Shown in pieces: positions 48,389-59,138 of a DNA stretch of 64,000 nucleotides. The stretch is from an uncultured bacterium. Lineage in GTDB: Bacteria > Oederibacteriota > PGYV01 > CAWJRG01. The notes below the pieces were generated by a model. It was given only the letters and a program-made list of their open reading frames with translations, was not told the origin of the DNA and did no database searches. The position numbers and the translations under genes were made by a program. The stretch lies in NCBI GenBank assembly GCA_963845185.1, contig CAWJRG010000009.1, positions 704,001 to 768,000 of the forward strand, given 5' to 3'. Each line of letters starts with the position of its first letter. Positions within the stretch are counted from its first letter, which is position 1.

Positions 48389-49240
48389 TTATCCCTGCTG
48401 CAAGCCTTTCTGGTAAATATATGCCTCGTAAGTATTTTGCATGAGCATTGCCCTTGTCATTGGACCTACCCCTCCGGGCACCGGAGTTATAAAAGAAGCT
48501 TTTGTTTTTACAGCCTCAAAATCGACATCACCTTTTAATTTCCCATCTTCATCCTTATTTGTGCCCACGTCAATGACTATAGCTCCATTTTTCACCATAT
48601 TTTCCTTGACAAACTTATATTTGCCTACGGCTGCTACTAGGATATCTGCCTGAGCCGTTATCTGTTCAATATTTTTTGTTTTAGAATGGCATACGGTCAC
48701 CGTGACGTTTTTTTGCATTAAAAGTATGGCCATAGGTTTGCCTACAATGTTGCTTCTGCCGATAACAACAGCATTCTTTCCTTCCATTTTTTCGCCTGTA
48801 GATTCAATCAGCATCATTATCCCTTTTGGTGTGCATGGTATAAAAAAAGGGTTGCCTGAAAACAACTTGCCTGCATTAAAATAAGTAATGCCGTCCACAT
48901 CCTTTACAGGATTGATTGAATTTATAACGACATCAGTATTTAAGTGTTTGGGCAAAGGCAGTTGGACAAGCAGCCCGTTAATTTTGTCATTTTCGTTCAA
49001 TGTGTCTATTAAATTAAGCAGATCGCTCTGGCTTGTTGATTCAGGAAGCTTGTGCACTTCCGAATAAAACCCGATTTCGCCGCTGTCTTTTTCTTTTAGT
49101 CCTACATAAATTTTTGAAGCTGGATCTTCTCCAACAAGTATGACAGCAAGTCCGGGTTTTTCCTTAAGCCCTGATACTTTTCCTGAAATCTCCTGTTTTA
49201 CTTTTGCAGCTATCGCTTTTCCGTCAAGTATTTGTGCCAT
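48389..49240 (-). CDS. folD: Methylenetetrahydrofolate dehydrogenase/cyclohydrolase
   Basis: VQLPLP, KDVDG, PCTP, GRSNIVGKP, TPVPGGVGPMT. Confidence 0.98.
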   Translation of the reverse strand: MAQILDGKAIAAKVKQEISGKVSGLKEKPGLAVILVGEDPASKIYVGLKEKDSGEIGFYSEVHKLPESTSQSDLLNLIDTLNENDKINGLLVQLPLPKHLNTDVVINSINPVKDVDGITYFNAGKLFSGNPFFIPCTPKGIMMLIESTGEKMEGKNAVVIGRSNIVGKPMAILLMQKNVTVTVCHSKTKNIEQITAQADILVAAVGKYKFVKENMVKNGAIVIDVGTNKDEDGKLKGDVDFEAVKTKASFITPVPGGVGPMTRAMLMQNTYEAYIYQKGLQQG

Positions 49241-49333
49241 ATGTATTCTCCTATAACATAAAAAGCAAATATTTCAAGTATTTTTATATTGAGAATCCAA
49301 CCTCAGCTTTAGTGATTGCTGCTTTTGCTTTCG

Positions 49334-51211
49334 CTAAAGTATTTCCAATACAGCCTTTTTAATGCCTGTACTTGTCAGGCCGCACTCTTTCCTGAGTTCT
49401 TCCATTGTGCCATGTTCTATAAACCTGTCTGGTACGCCAAGTATTCTGATATTTATGTCCTTTATGTTGCTTTTTTCGGCCAGCTCAATGACGCTCTGAC
49501 CAAAACCGCCTTCTATGGCTCCTTCTTCTATGGTTACAAGCTTTTTTGTCTTTCTTATTGATTTCAGTATTGCGGTTTTATCCATCGGCTTTGCAAACCG
49601 CGCGTCAATTATTTCGATTTTAATTTTATTTTCTTTTTCTAATTCATCCGCTGCTTTTATGACGTATGGCAAAAGCGCTCCCAAGTTTACTACCGTAATA
49701 TCCCTGCCTTTTTTTATAAGTCTTGATTTGCCTATTTTTGCAGCTAAAGGATTTTTTTCCTTTTTAAAATCCCATGCCCTTCCACGCGGAAACCTTATGG
49801 CTACAGGTCCTTTCCTATAGTCCGCTGCAAACAGCAAAGCTTTTCTCAGCTCATTTTCGTCTGAAGGCGCCATAACGACCATATTAGGCACCATTTTCAT
49901 AAATACAATGTCAAAAATACCATGGTGCGTAGGTCCGTCTTCGCCAACAAGTCCCGCCCTGTCCATTGCGAATATAACAGGAAGCTTCTGCAGGGCCACG
50001 TCATGTATTATCTGGTCAATGCCCCGCTGGAGAAAAGTGGAATAAATCGCCACAACCGGCTGCATGCCTGAAACAGCCATCCCGGCTGCAAAAGTGACCG
50101 CGTGTTCTTCTGCTATGCCGACGTCGAAAAATCTTTCCGGGAAAAGGTCCTTAAATTTGGATAAATCCGTGCCTTCAACCATGGCCGCAACTATTGCAGT
50201 TATTTTTTTGTTTCTGCGGGCTATTTTTACAAGAGTTTCCGAAAAAACATTTGAATAAGTAAATTCAGATTCTTTTTTTAAAGGCTTTCCTGTTTTTATA
50301 TCAAACGGACATATTCCGTGAAAAAAAACTGGGTTTTTTTCAGCAGGCCCATAACCTTTGCCCTTTTTTGTTATGACATGAATTAATTTTGGGCCTTTTA
50401 CATCCCTTATCCTGTTCAGTGTGTTCGTCAGCAATCTTATGTTATGTCCATTTATGGGTCCGAAATAACGCAGCCCGAGTTCCTCGAATATCATGCCCGG
50501 CGACAATACGCCCCTGATGGCTTCCTCTGTGTGTTTTATGATACTGGCTGTCGGAGAACCAAAGACCGGGATATGGTCAAGTATTGATTTTACCCATATT
50601 TTTAAATTAATATAAAGTTTCCCTGACACTATGCGGTTAAAATACTCGGATATAGCGCCGACCGTACGGGAAATGGACATTTCATTGTCTATGACAACTA
50701 TCAGGATGTTTGTCTTGTCATGGCCGATATTGTTTATCGCCTCAAGCGACATGCCGCTTGCAAAGGAAGCGTCGCCTACCACTGCAACGACGTTATATTT
50801 TCCTTTTGCGATGTCCCTGGCTTTTGCTATGCCCATTGCAGCTGATATTGCCGTTGAAGCATGGCCTGCCCCAAAAACGTCAAATTTGCTTTCATGTATT
50901 TTTAAAAATCCTGAAACCCCGCCGCGCTGCCTTAATTTCTGGAACTTCTTCTGCCTGCCAGTGAGTATTTTATGTGCGTAAGCCTGATGCCCCACATCCC
51001 AGATTATTTTATCCGACGGCTGGTTAAAAACCTTGCCAATCGATAGTGTAACCTCTACTGCGCCCAGAGACAATGCAAGATGGCCGCCGGTCTTTGATAC
51101 CACATTGACCATGTAATCCCTTATTTCCGCAGCCAATATGTCTAATTCTTTGACAGAAAGACTTTTTAAGTCGGAAATTTTTTTGATTTTTTTAAGAAAC
51201 CGGTAATACAT
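49334..51211 (-). CDS. dxs: 1-deoxy-D-xylulose-5-phosphate synthase
   Basis: GGHL, WDVGHQAY.HK, GDAS...DN, IAEEHA, DRAGLVGEDGPTHHG. Confidence 0.98.
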   Translation of the reverse strand: MYYRFLKKIKKISDLKSLSVKELDILAAEIRDYMVNVVSKTGGHLALSLGAVEVTLSIGKVFNQPSDKIIWDVGHQAYAHKILTGRQKKFQKLRQRGGVSGFLKIHESKFDVFGAGHASTAISAAMGIAKARDIAKGKYNVVAVVGDASFASGMSLEAINNIGHDKTNILIVVIDNEMSISRTVGAISEYFNRIVSGKLYINLKIWVKSILDHIPVFGSPTASIIKHTEEAIRGVLSPGMIFEELGLRYFGPINGHNIRLLTNTLNRIRDVKGPKLIHVITKKGKGYGPAEKNPVFFHGICPFDIKTGKPLKKESEFTYSNVFSETLVKIARRNKKITAIVAAMVEGTDLSKFKDLFPERFFDVGIAEEHAVTFAAGMAVSGMQPVVAIYSTFLQRGIDQIIHDVALQKLPVIFAMDRAGLVGEDGPTHHGIFDIVFMKMVPNMVVMAPSDENELRKALLFAADYRKGPVAIRFPRGRAWDFKKEKNPLAAKIGKSRLIKKGRDITVVNLGALLPYVIKAADELEKENKIKIEIIDARFAKPMDKTAILKSIRKTKKLVTIEEGAIEGGFGQSVIELAEKSNIKDINIRILGVPDRFIEHGTMEELRKECGLTSTGIKKAVLEIL

Positions 51212-51224
51212 TATGCAAATACCA

Positions 51225-51701
51225 TTAATACATCACAATTGCGGATAAAATCCCGAGTAAAATGCCTGCCGCCGCTTCAATTGGCGTATGGCCAAGCAAT
51301 TCTTTCAGCCGGTCAGGGAAATTTTCATTTTTATCATACATTTCGTCCATCATTTTATTCAGCAGGCTTGCCTGCTTGCCAGCGGCCCTCCTGACTCCTA
51401 CGGCGTCTGTTATTACGATAACTGTAAAGGCGAGCGTTACAAGATAAATCGGAGAATCCCAGCCGCAGTAAAGGCCGATATTTGTGGAAAGCGCCGAGAC
51501 AAAAGCAGTATGCGATGAGGGCATGCCTCCTGTTCCGACCAAAAGCCTGAAGTCTATCTTTTTGTGGTGCACAAAATGCAGGAAGACCTTTAAAGTCTGC
51601 GCAAAAGCCCATGCAATAAATGTTGTGATAAAAATTTTATTGACTACACTTGTCTTGATTATTATTCCCATTTCCGCAAAAGCGTCTTTGAACAAAATCA
51701 T
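51225..51701 (-). CDS. Divergent PAP2 (DUF212) family protein
   Basis: GGMPSSH, DA.GVRR.AG.QA..LN, LKELLGHTP. Confidence 0.93.
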   Translation of the reverse strand: MILFKDAFAEMGIIIKTSVVNKIFITTFIAWAFAQTLKVFLHFVHHKKIDFRLLVGTGGMPSSHTAFVSALSTNIGLYCGWDSPIYLVTLAFTVIVITDAVGVRRAAGKQASLLNKMMDEMYDKNENFPDRLKELLGHTPIEAAAGILLGILSAIVMY

Positions 51702-51970
51702 TTATTTGTCTCCTTAGCTCCGTTCAGCATTTAATAATTCTTTATTTAACATTTCACAACACCGATTAAAGAATCCCAAATTCCACATCTGACATATTAA
51801 CAATGATTTGATTTTTTTTCAACAGGAATGATAGACAGGCGGGTATTTTAAATCATATTTTATCATTTGTTTAATAGCAAAATTCCCCAATAGCTCTTGA
51901 AATTTAGTGTTCTGTAATAGCGGGCCGAGGCTAAAAAATCAGGTTAACAATCCAGCTGAAATAAATTAAA

Positions 51971-52606
51971 CTACTGTAAAACAGTTGCATTAAAAGCTGC
52001 CGAAGAAGTAGTAGTTGTAGCACTGCAGCTTATAACAGAATTCTGCAATTCAATAGGCAAATTGGTTTTGTTCACGACAAAATAATCAATTATTTCAGCA
52101 ATTGCATTGCACCACGGCCCTCCGCTGCAATATGTTGGACTGTATGTATTTAAAACATTCAAATTAACTGTATTGCAATCGGTTGTTATATTATTTAATG
52201 ACCATACCGGCTCATAGCAAGCTCCCATTATTGAAATTCCTATTACCATTTTTGCATTAAAATCTACAGAAACAGGAGTAGGTGTCGGAGATCCGGCAGG
52301 AGCAAATCCTGCGTAATTTGCAAGATAAGCTGTTTGTGATTTAATAATATAGTTTCCTCCCCAAGTTAAAGAAGACGGATAGCTCAAGCTGCTGAAACTT
52401 TCATTTCCTGGAGTGCACGGATAAATTGCAGGAGTCGGTGTATTTGTTACGTTATTTTGAACCTGCGCAGTTGCTGTAATATTAGGCGTATTGGCAAGTA
52501 TTGGCGTTGCTGTCGGTAAAGCAGAAACCGGTGAAGGTTTATTGCAGGATAATAAAAATAGCACAAAAATTACAAGAACAACTGTAAATAATGTGATTTT
52601 TTTCAT
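51971..52606 (-). CDS. Hypothetical lipoprotein with T/P-rich linker
   Basis: LLSC lipobox, TPNITAT linker, VDFNAKMVIGI segment; AGGAGG RBS. Confidence 0.75.
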   Translation of the reverse strand: MKKITLFTVVLVIFVLFLLSCNKPSPVSALPTATPILANTPNITATAQVQNNVTNTPTPAIYPCTPGNESFSSLSYPSSLTWGGNYIIKSQTAYLANYAGFAPAGSPTPTPVSVDFNAKMVIGISIMGACYEPVWSLNNITTDCNTVNLNVLNTYSPTYCSGGPWCNAIAEIIDYFVVNKTNLPIELQNSVISCSATTTTSSAAFNATVLQ

Positions 52607-52746
52607 TTGTAATTCCTCCTTGATGTAAAATTTTGTTAATATATATTAATTATATACTATATTTGACAAATTATCCATTAAAAAGTTCCGAGGAATCTTA
52701 TACTAGAAAATCCCCTACTTCACAAATTAGAATCTATGCTACAAGA

Positions 52747-54318
52747 CTACTTCAGCACAATAAACACTCCCGGCTTGCTTTTTATTTTCCTGCCTGTGCT
52801 GTCTTCGGCTATAAGAATATAATAATACAATCCGCTGGCAAAGTTTCCCAGTTCGCCTTGAGAAAAGCTCACGTTATAATTCCCTGTTATAGAAGTGGCG
52901 GGCCACGTCTTGTCTTTTACCAGCCTGAAACCTGCCGTGTAAATTTTTATGCTCACTGATTGGGGCTGCTGAGTCATATCCATGTGCACGTAAAGCGCGT
53001 CTTTGCCCGCAATTGCGGGATTTGGATAAATAAGGACATTGTTTACTGTAAACCCAGTATTTACGGTCACGGTTTGTGTGCTGGTTGGCGAACATATTGG
53101 GGTCGCAGTTGATGTGGGTGTAATTGTCGGTGAAGGGCCTATTATTTCATAAAGATGAACGTCATATGCCTGGAAGCTGTCGGAAAACGAACCTCCTGTC
53201 AGTTGCACTTGCCTGCTTTCGCCAAGCACATTCACGCTGTTATCCGGGAGCGGTACAGTGAATGTCCCTGTCGTAGTGTTGCCTCTCATTGCCGCAGCAA
53301 ATATATAAGTAATGCCGCCTTTCTGTTTTACCATTGTGTCTATTGGCACCGTGGTATCACTTGAACTGTCAACCACAAGATTTTTGACTGTATTGGTATT
53401 TAAAACCGGCGCAAGCGCAAGTACCTGCTGGTTGATTGCGGAAACTGCAGCCAGCATCACAGGATCGTCCAGCAATGCCTGGTCGTCCTCTGTCGGATAA
53501 AAGCTATGGCAGAAATAACCAAAACCTGCTGCGCCGTGAATAAGCGCCATCCATACTTCGGACCTGACCTGGCTGGTTGTAGGCTTGGCAACTGAAGTAG
53601 AGTCAATAAGCGTGGTTTCTATCCAGCACCAGACCGGCTTTGTGTCGCCTGTCCAGCTTCTTAAATTGTCAATTCCCTGCGGCACGTACCATAACGGGTA
53701 ACCGCTATTTACCGGATAAATATCAAATGAAATAATATCTCCTCCCTGGCTGTATTGGGCGTACATTGCTGTGTCCCCTGTGCAGGTGCCGCGGCCGTAA
53801 TAGCCTGTATTTGAAGCGCCCTGGCCAAAGCCAAGGTAAACAGGCCTTGTAGGGTCATTTGCGGTCCATGTATTGTAATTCTGCACAATAATACTCGGGT
53901 CAATGCATGGAAGATACCCGCCGCTGCCGTCTGGCTGGGCATTATCAGGCTCATCCGGCTGTATCCAGCCCATTATGGTCTTGTTGGTTAGATTTGCCAG
54001 TCCTACAGCGTTCTGGTCGCAAAGAACAGGCATGCCTGCGGCTGCCAGCGTAGTAAGGTCGGTTTGAGCAGGACCGTTCCAGATGCCTATAAAAAGCGTG
54101 ATGCCTGCGTTTTTATAGCCAGTTGCTGTTGACGGGTCCTGCAGCCAGGCTGCGATTGGAAAATAATTTGGGTCAGATGGGATGCCATTGGACCATTTTG
54201 AGTAATATGCAGGGATATTATCCATAGAGTAAATTGGCATTATGAAAACCGCAAAAGCAGCAGCCATAAACGCCGCAGTTATAAATATCCTGCCTGAATT
54301 TTTTCTTATGGTTTTCAT
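52747..54318 (-). CDS. Secreted putative glycoside hydrolase with T/P linker and T9SS-like C-terminal domain
   Basis: Signal peptide; WIQPDEPDN, SFDIYP, WMALIHGA TIM-barrel-like motifs; C-terminal IYPNP...IKIYTAGFRLV...GLYYY...IVLK. Confidence 0.7.
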   Translation of the reverse strand: MKTIRKNSGRIFITAAFMAAAFAVFIMPIYSMDNIPAYYSKWSNGIPSDPNYFPIAAWLQDPSTATGYKNAGITLFIGIWNGPAQTDLTTLAAAGMPVLCDQNAVGLANLTNKTIMGWIQPDEPDNAQPDGSGGYLPCIDPSIIVQNYNTWTANDPTRPVYLGFGQGASNTGYYGRGTCTGDTAMYAQYSQGGDIISFDIYPVNSGYPLWYVPQGIDNLRSWTGDTKPVWCWIETTLIDSTSVAKPTTSQVRSEVWMALIHGAAGFGYFCHSFYPTEDDQALLDDPVMLAAVSAINQQVLALAPVLNTNTVKNLVVDSSSDTTVPIDTMVKQKGGITYIFAAAMRGNTTTGTFTVPLPDNSVNVLGESRQVQLTGGSFSDSFQAYDVHLYEIIGPSPTITPTSTATPICSPTSTQTVTVNTGFTVNNVLIYPNPAIAGKDALYVHMDMTQQPQSVSIKIYTAGFRLVKDKTWPATSITGNYNVSFSQGELGNFASGLYYYILIAEDSTGRKIKSKPGVFIVLK

Positions 54319-54390
54319 GATTAATATCATCTCCACTAACATTTTTTACCACATAAAAAATCAGAGCACAGGATGTTATCTTGTCTTGCT

Positions 54391-57300
54391 TTACCTGCTC
54401 CACCCGACCGATACAGGCTCAACTTTTGCGGCATCGTTTACAGAGCCATCGTATGTATAAACAATCTTAGCATGGGGGTTGGTATTTATATAATTTTGGC
54501 TTTGCATGTATTGCGCGGCGGTCGGGAAATCGCCGGTAATGTAAAAATTTGTAAATTCTTTATTTCCGTTGCCGAAATACATGACATCATAATCATTATC
54601 CGTCACACCTTCTCCTGTTGGGTACCGTGGAAATGCGCCTGCTCCGCTGAGATGATAAGGCTCAAGATATATACGCACCATAGTGTCTTCGTGGGGCCTT
54701 AGTATGGGGCATGTCTGGCCTATTACCGGCGCAAATACATCGTAAATCGCCGTGTCATTTTTGGCATAGTCCAAAGTATAGCCGTTTAATCCGTACTCAA
54801 AATGATTAATGTAGTCAAGCGAGGTTGTAAGTGCCGCGTCAGAACCGACAGCATAAGGGTTGGGGCTGGTATAAAATATCCCTGCCAGCGGGTCATAGCT
54901 GTTGGCGTACATGTTATTGTAATTAAACTCAAATGTGACTTCCAGATCAAAAGTTCCTGCCACTGTATATTCGTTGGAGTCATTGGATAATTCTACGTCC
55001 ACATAAGCGGGCCTGTAGATATAATCAGGGTCGAGTTTTAAAAACGGGGCGCCTACAGGATTTGGCGCTCCACGGTTTGCCGAATTGACTATCTGCTGTG
55101 CAAGGCCCTTTGAACCCTGGACAACTTTGTTTACAGCGTCTTCAGTCATCTGGTCGGCAGGAACTCCTGCTTCTGTCATGGCTGTTTCAGCAATATAATC
55201 AATGCTCATGCTGGATAAGTCGTCAAAATTCGGTATTGACGGCGGCAGCCCAACCACAACCAGGCCGTAATTGACCATGCCTTCCAGTATGGTTTGGAAA
55301 GCACCTTTTAGCGAATCAATCGGGCACAGGTCAACAACAAAATTTATCAAATCGCTTTTTAAGTCAGAATAAGCAGCGCTTATTGTATCCACCAGTTGAT
55401 CCGCTATACTCCACAGGTCCTTAAAAAAGTCGACAACATCGTCCCAAAGTTCCTCATACCATGATTTGTTTTCAGGCACAGGCGGCGGGAAATATACTTT
55501 TGTCCCTATGTTCAGAACCTTTGGAATTTCTATCTGCTCATACTGCTGTTTGTTTGTGATACCAATGCTTTGATAATATACCATGGTGCCAATATCAGAG
55601 GTGTCATATGGATACAGAATTACCTGCGTATCCACGTTTTGATAGGAGCATGTTATTTCGTCGGCAGTTGGCATCCTGTAGACAATATAGTGGCTGAAGC
55701 TGTCCTGTGCCTGCCATTGTATTGGAGTGTAGGCTTTTATTTTTATAGTCGGCAGCGACTTGCCTATTATCTGCAATACCGGCGTAGGCGTGACATAAAA
55801 TGTAAAATTTGAAGTCCCATAACCGTATTGGATTATCACAGTATTGGTAATTTCCTCGTCAATATAACCGGGCATGCTTGAATTTTTTATTATAAGCCCG
55901 CGCGCGTAATATGTTATGTACTGGTTGTTTTGCATTTCAGAAACCTGCTTGGCGAAAGTGCCAAACGCGGCAAACAACGAGGACGGGTACTGGCCAATGG
56001 GAAAACCAGACGGCGCGCCTGACTTGTCCACGGGCAGATTCTGGACTTCCTCATACAGCAAACCGCTTGAGCCCGGCGTGTCATTATCCGTGGTAAATGG
56101 CTTGTCTGAAATCTGTAGCACTATCTCAGCTTCTGTGTTGTCTGCCCCGTGAAAATAAAATACCCTCGGGTCAGCGTTGTTGTGCGGATCCATAGAAATA
56201 CTGTCGCGCTTTGAGGGCGGGTCCTGGAACTCACCGTGATATTCTCCTAAATTGCTTCGGCCCGGCGTCCACAGCTCATATGTTGTGGATATTTTACCTG
56301 CTGAAGCCTGATTTACCAGTTGTTTGCCGTAGATTACCGCTATTCCTTTAGCCGGGTCTCCGATTGGTTTTCCCGTAGCGTCTACAGGCACTGCCCTTAC
56401 ATAATAGCATTTATGATTTTTTCTGAAGTGCTCAGGGGTTACAGTGCCTGTCTTTTTAAGAAGAGCGGTATTCACTATTGAAGTTTTCAAGATTAAAGGG
56501 TCAGAAAAATCCACTGAAAATTCTTTTGCTGTCGCAGGCACCTTGCCTGTTTTTAAGAGCCCTGCCGGATTTTTCCAGGTTTTTACACCGCCGCTGAACT
56601 GCACATCAGCGACCTGCCAAACAACATTTGCTGCCTTTGGGGCGTTTTTCAGGTTAAAGGTAAACCATTTCTTTTTATCGCCTTTTTCGTCGATAAAAGA
56701 TCCGAAAGTTGCGCTGGTATAAATTGATTTATTCACCGGTATTTTTATTATGGCAGGCTTTGGCAGAGATTTTGCCGTAGCTGTCGGGCCTCCGGGAGAA
56801 ATTATTTTTTCTACAGAAAGCGGCTTTTCCTCCGGCTTGCCGGCGCCTGCCGCGGCAAAAAGCTGAATGCGGGAATCATACTTTGGGAGAAAATAATTGT
56901 TATCCTTTGCGCCCTTGTAATATTTTGTCAATTCGCTGTCTTTTTTAAACTGCATTTTTTTATAGCGCAAAGTTTTCTTTCTGCCGGGAGGCGAAGCTTT
57001 TTTTGTTTGCTCGGAAGTATATACAACTATGCCTGCGCCGAAAAATGGCCCTGATATGTCCGCTGTTTTCTCATTGAACACTTTTTTGGGAATAGAATTA
57101 AATGTTTCGTTAAAAGGCGCCACATTAGGGTATTTGACGAGGAATTCCCCTTCCCTGTACCCTCCATAAAGTGACAATCCAAAAATGTCATTAAATAAGT
57201 ATTGAAGCCCCAGCTTCAGGTTGCCCCCAAAACTATAATCAGGCGAGTTGAAAAAATATTTTGAGCCTGAAAATTCCTTAAAGCTTATGCCAAGATCGGT

Positions 57301-57792
57301 AATTTCAGTCTGCCCGGCCGGGGTTTGGTTTGGGTAAATGTGATAGTACATCCCCATCTGGAAAAAAAATCCTGCGTCAGCGCCGGCAAATAAAGACAGG
57401 CCCGACGCTAGTTTGAGGTAATAATCCGCGCCAAACCCTGCGTAACCAGCCGGTATATTCAGATTGCTGTAGGCAAAATTCACATTGTCAGCCTGGTATG
57501 TGGTCTTCATTCCCGGGTTTAGATATGAACCTGTAAGCTTCAGGTCAAATGCATCGCATAAAAAATATTTAAGTGAAGCGGAGATATCATAAAGATTATT
57601 TTCATAACTCGGGGTTGCCTGTATTGGGTGCAAGACCGTCAGGTCTGCAATATAAGAAGTTGCAAAAGTATCGTTAAAATCCTTGGGGTTAATAAGACCT
57701 ATGCCGCCGTTGATTTCAAATCCGATTTTTGAATAGACAAGCGAAAAAAGGAAAACAAGAAATAAGGCTGCGATTAACAATTTTTTATTCAT
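54391..57792 (-). CDS. Large exported protein: N-terminal outer-membrane beta-barrel-like domain plus about 870-aa unknown region
   Basis: Signal peptide; alternating aromatic/Gly strands (GFGADYY, LGLQYLF, GPFFGAGIVVY); basic/Pro linker; long C-terminal region; GGAGG RBS. Confidence 0.7.
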   Translation of the reverse strand: MNKKLLIAALFLVFLFSLVYSKIGFEINGGIGLINPKDFNDTFATSYIADLTVLHPIQATPSYENNLYDISASLKYFLCDAFDLKLTGSYLNPGMKTTYQADNVNFAYSNLNIPAGYAGFGADYYLKLASGLSLFAGADAGFFFQMGMYYHIYPNQTPAGQTEITDLGISFKEFSGSKYFFNSPDYSFGGNLKLGLQYLFNDIFGLSLYGGYREGEFLVKYPNVAPFNETFNSIPKKVFNEKTADISGPFFGAGIVVYTSEQTKKASPPGRKKTLRYKKMQFKKDSELTKYYKGAKDNNYFLPKYDSRIQLFAAAGAGKPEEKPLSVEKIISPGGPTATAKSLPKPAIIKIPVNKSIYTSATFGSFIDEKGDKKKWFTFNLKNAPKAANVVWQVADVQFSGGVKTWKNPAGLLKTGKVPATAKEFSVDFSDPLILKTSIVNTALLKKTGTVTPEHFRKNHKCYYVRAVPVDATGKPIGDPAKGIAVIYGKQLVNQASAGKISTTYELWTPGRSNLGEYHGEFQDPPSKRDSISMDPHNNADPRVFYFHGADNTEAEIVLQISDKPFTTDNDTPGSSGLLYEEVQNLPVDKSGAPSGFPIGQYPSSLFAAFGTFAKQVSEMQNNQYITYYARGLIIKNSSMPGYIDEEITNTVIIQYGYGTSNFTFYVTPTPVLQIIGKSLPTIKIKAYTPIQWQAQDSFSHYIVYRMPTADEITCSYQNVDTQVILYPYDTSDIGTMVYYQSIGITNKQQYEQIEIPKVLNIGTKVYFPPPVPENKSWYEELWDDVVDFFKDLWSIADQLVDTISAAYSDLKSDLINFVVDLCPIDSLKGAFQTILEGMVNYGLVVVGLPPSIPNFDDLSSMSIDYIAETAMTEAGVPADQMTEDAVNKVVQGSKGLAQQIVNSANRGAPNPVGAPFLKLDPDYIYRPAYVDVELSNDSNEYTVAGTFDLEVTFEFNYNNMYANSYDPLAGIFYTSPNPYAVGSDAALTTSLDYINHFEYGLNGYTLDYAKNDTAIYDVFAPVIGQTCPILRPHEDTMVRIYLEPYHLSGAGAFPRYPTGEGVTDNDYDVMYFGNGNKEFTNFYITGDFPTAAQYMQSQNYINTNPHAKIVYTYDGSVNDAAKVEPVSVGWSR

Positions 57793-57936
57793 GATATCAA
57801 TTCCCTCCTCTTTGATGATTTGGAAAGCTTAAGTCAATAAATATATTATAACATATAAAAATATTATTTCACTCAAAAGATAAATTCTTCCCTGTTAAAT
57901 ACTCCTTTCACTTCTTCTCCTTTTGGGGGAAAAATA

Positions 57937-59060
57937 TTATTTTCTTCTTAATAATGGTTTTCTTATTATTATGGCTTTATCAGGGCATATTTCCTGGCAT
58001 ATAAAACAGCTTATGCATTTATTGTAATCGCAGTCAATGCGCTTTTTTTCATTGTTATAGACGATAGCATCCACAGGGCAGGATTTCACGCACTTCAGGC
58101 AGGCAGTGCATTTTTCTTTTATGTAAATCTGTTTTGGGGATAAAGGTCCTTAGCAAAATTTTTCAAGAAGTTCGGGAAAAACGCTGCCGATCCGCTTCCC
58201 TCTGCGACAGGCTTGAACTTCTTTCCCCTGACATTTTCTATTTTCTCGCCGAGTATGTTTACTTCAGGAGCCCTGCCATTGTTAAGGAATTTTTTATACA
58301 CAAGGTTTGTCCAGACTTTTTCCGGGTCAAGCCCTGCTATCTGCGGCATTACATGGTCTATGGCAAAACCGTCCTGGCCCATTACAATAACGCCTGTGTT
58401 AATCGGGTCCCCGCCTCCGGGGCCGTTGCCTTCCATGCCGATAATCCCGTCCACAATGTTCATGATTGGCGGTTTTGCCCTGTAAAGGTCAACCAGCATC
58501 TTGGCAAACAGCATTTTTTCCCTGCCCGCGCGTAAATGATAACCTGCTTTGCTGGTGCCGGGTATGATGCCGAACATGTTCTTGATTGCGAGCGTCATAT
58601 ACATGAGCCCGTGGGTCTTGAATTTAGGCAGGTTGATTATCTTGTCGACTTTGTTAATAATGCCGTCCACTTTAAAGGTCTTGTAGTTCAGCGCGTTTTC
58701 ATTCCTGATTTCTTCCTCTTCTTTAAATTCAACAATAGTTACATTCTCTTCCTTTGCCACCTGTTCATAGCCGCATTTTTTCGCGCCTCCAACGAATGAC
58801 CCAAAACCCGGGCTGTCGCCAACCATGATATTTGAAGTTTTATCCTTTAATATCCGGATGACAGCTTTCAATACTACAGGATGGGTTATTATTGCTTTTT
58901 CAGGCACTGACGGCGAAAGGCAGTTCACTTTCAAAAGTACTTTTTCATCCTTGCCGATGAATTTATCCAGGCCGCCGAGCATGTCAAACCCTTCTTTTAT
59001 TGCTGCTTTAACTTTTTCAAGGTCGTACTCTGTACACTTTTTTATAACGATATTTTCCAT
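57937..59060 (-). pseudogene. DUF362 plus 2x[4Fe-4S] ferredoxin protein, split by a 1-bp frameshift
   Basis: DUF362 motifs (VLLKVN, THP, INLPKFKTH, DGIIGMEGNGP). The -1 frame from about 58142 continues ...CTACLKCVKSCP...CISCFICQEICP... to a stop at 57937. Confidence 0.8.
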
Positions 59061-59138
59061 AAAGCTCCTTTTTATTAGAAATTGAATTTTAAAATTTAGG
59101 CATGTCTGATAATAAAACGAATATATTTTTAGGTTGTT

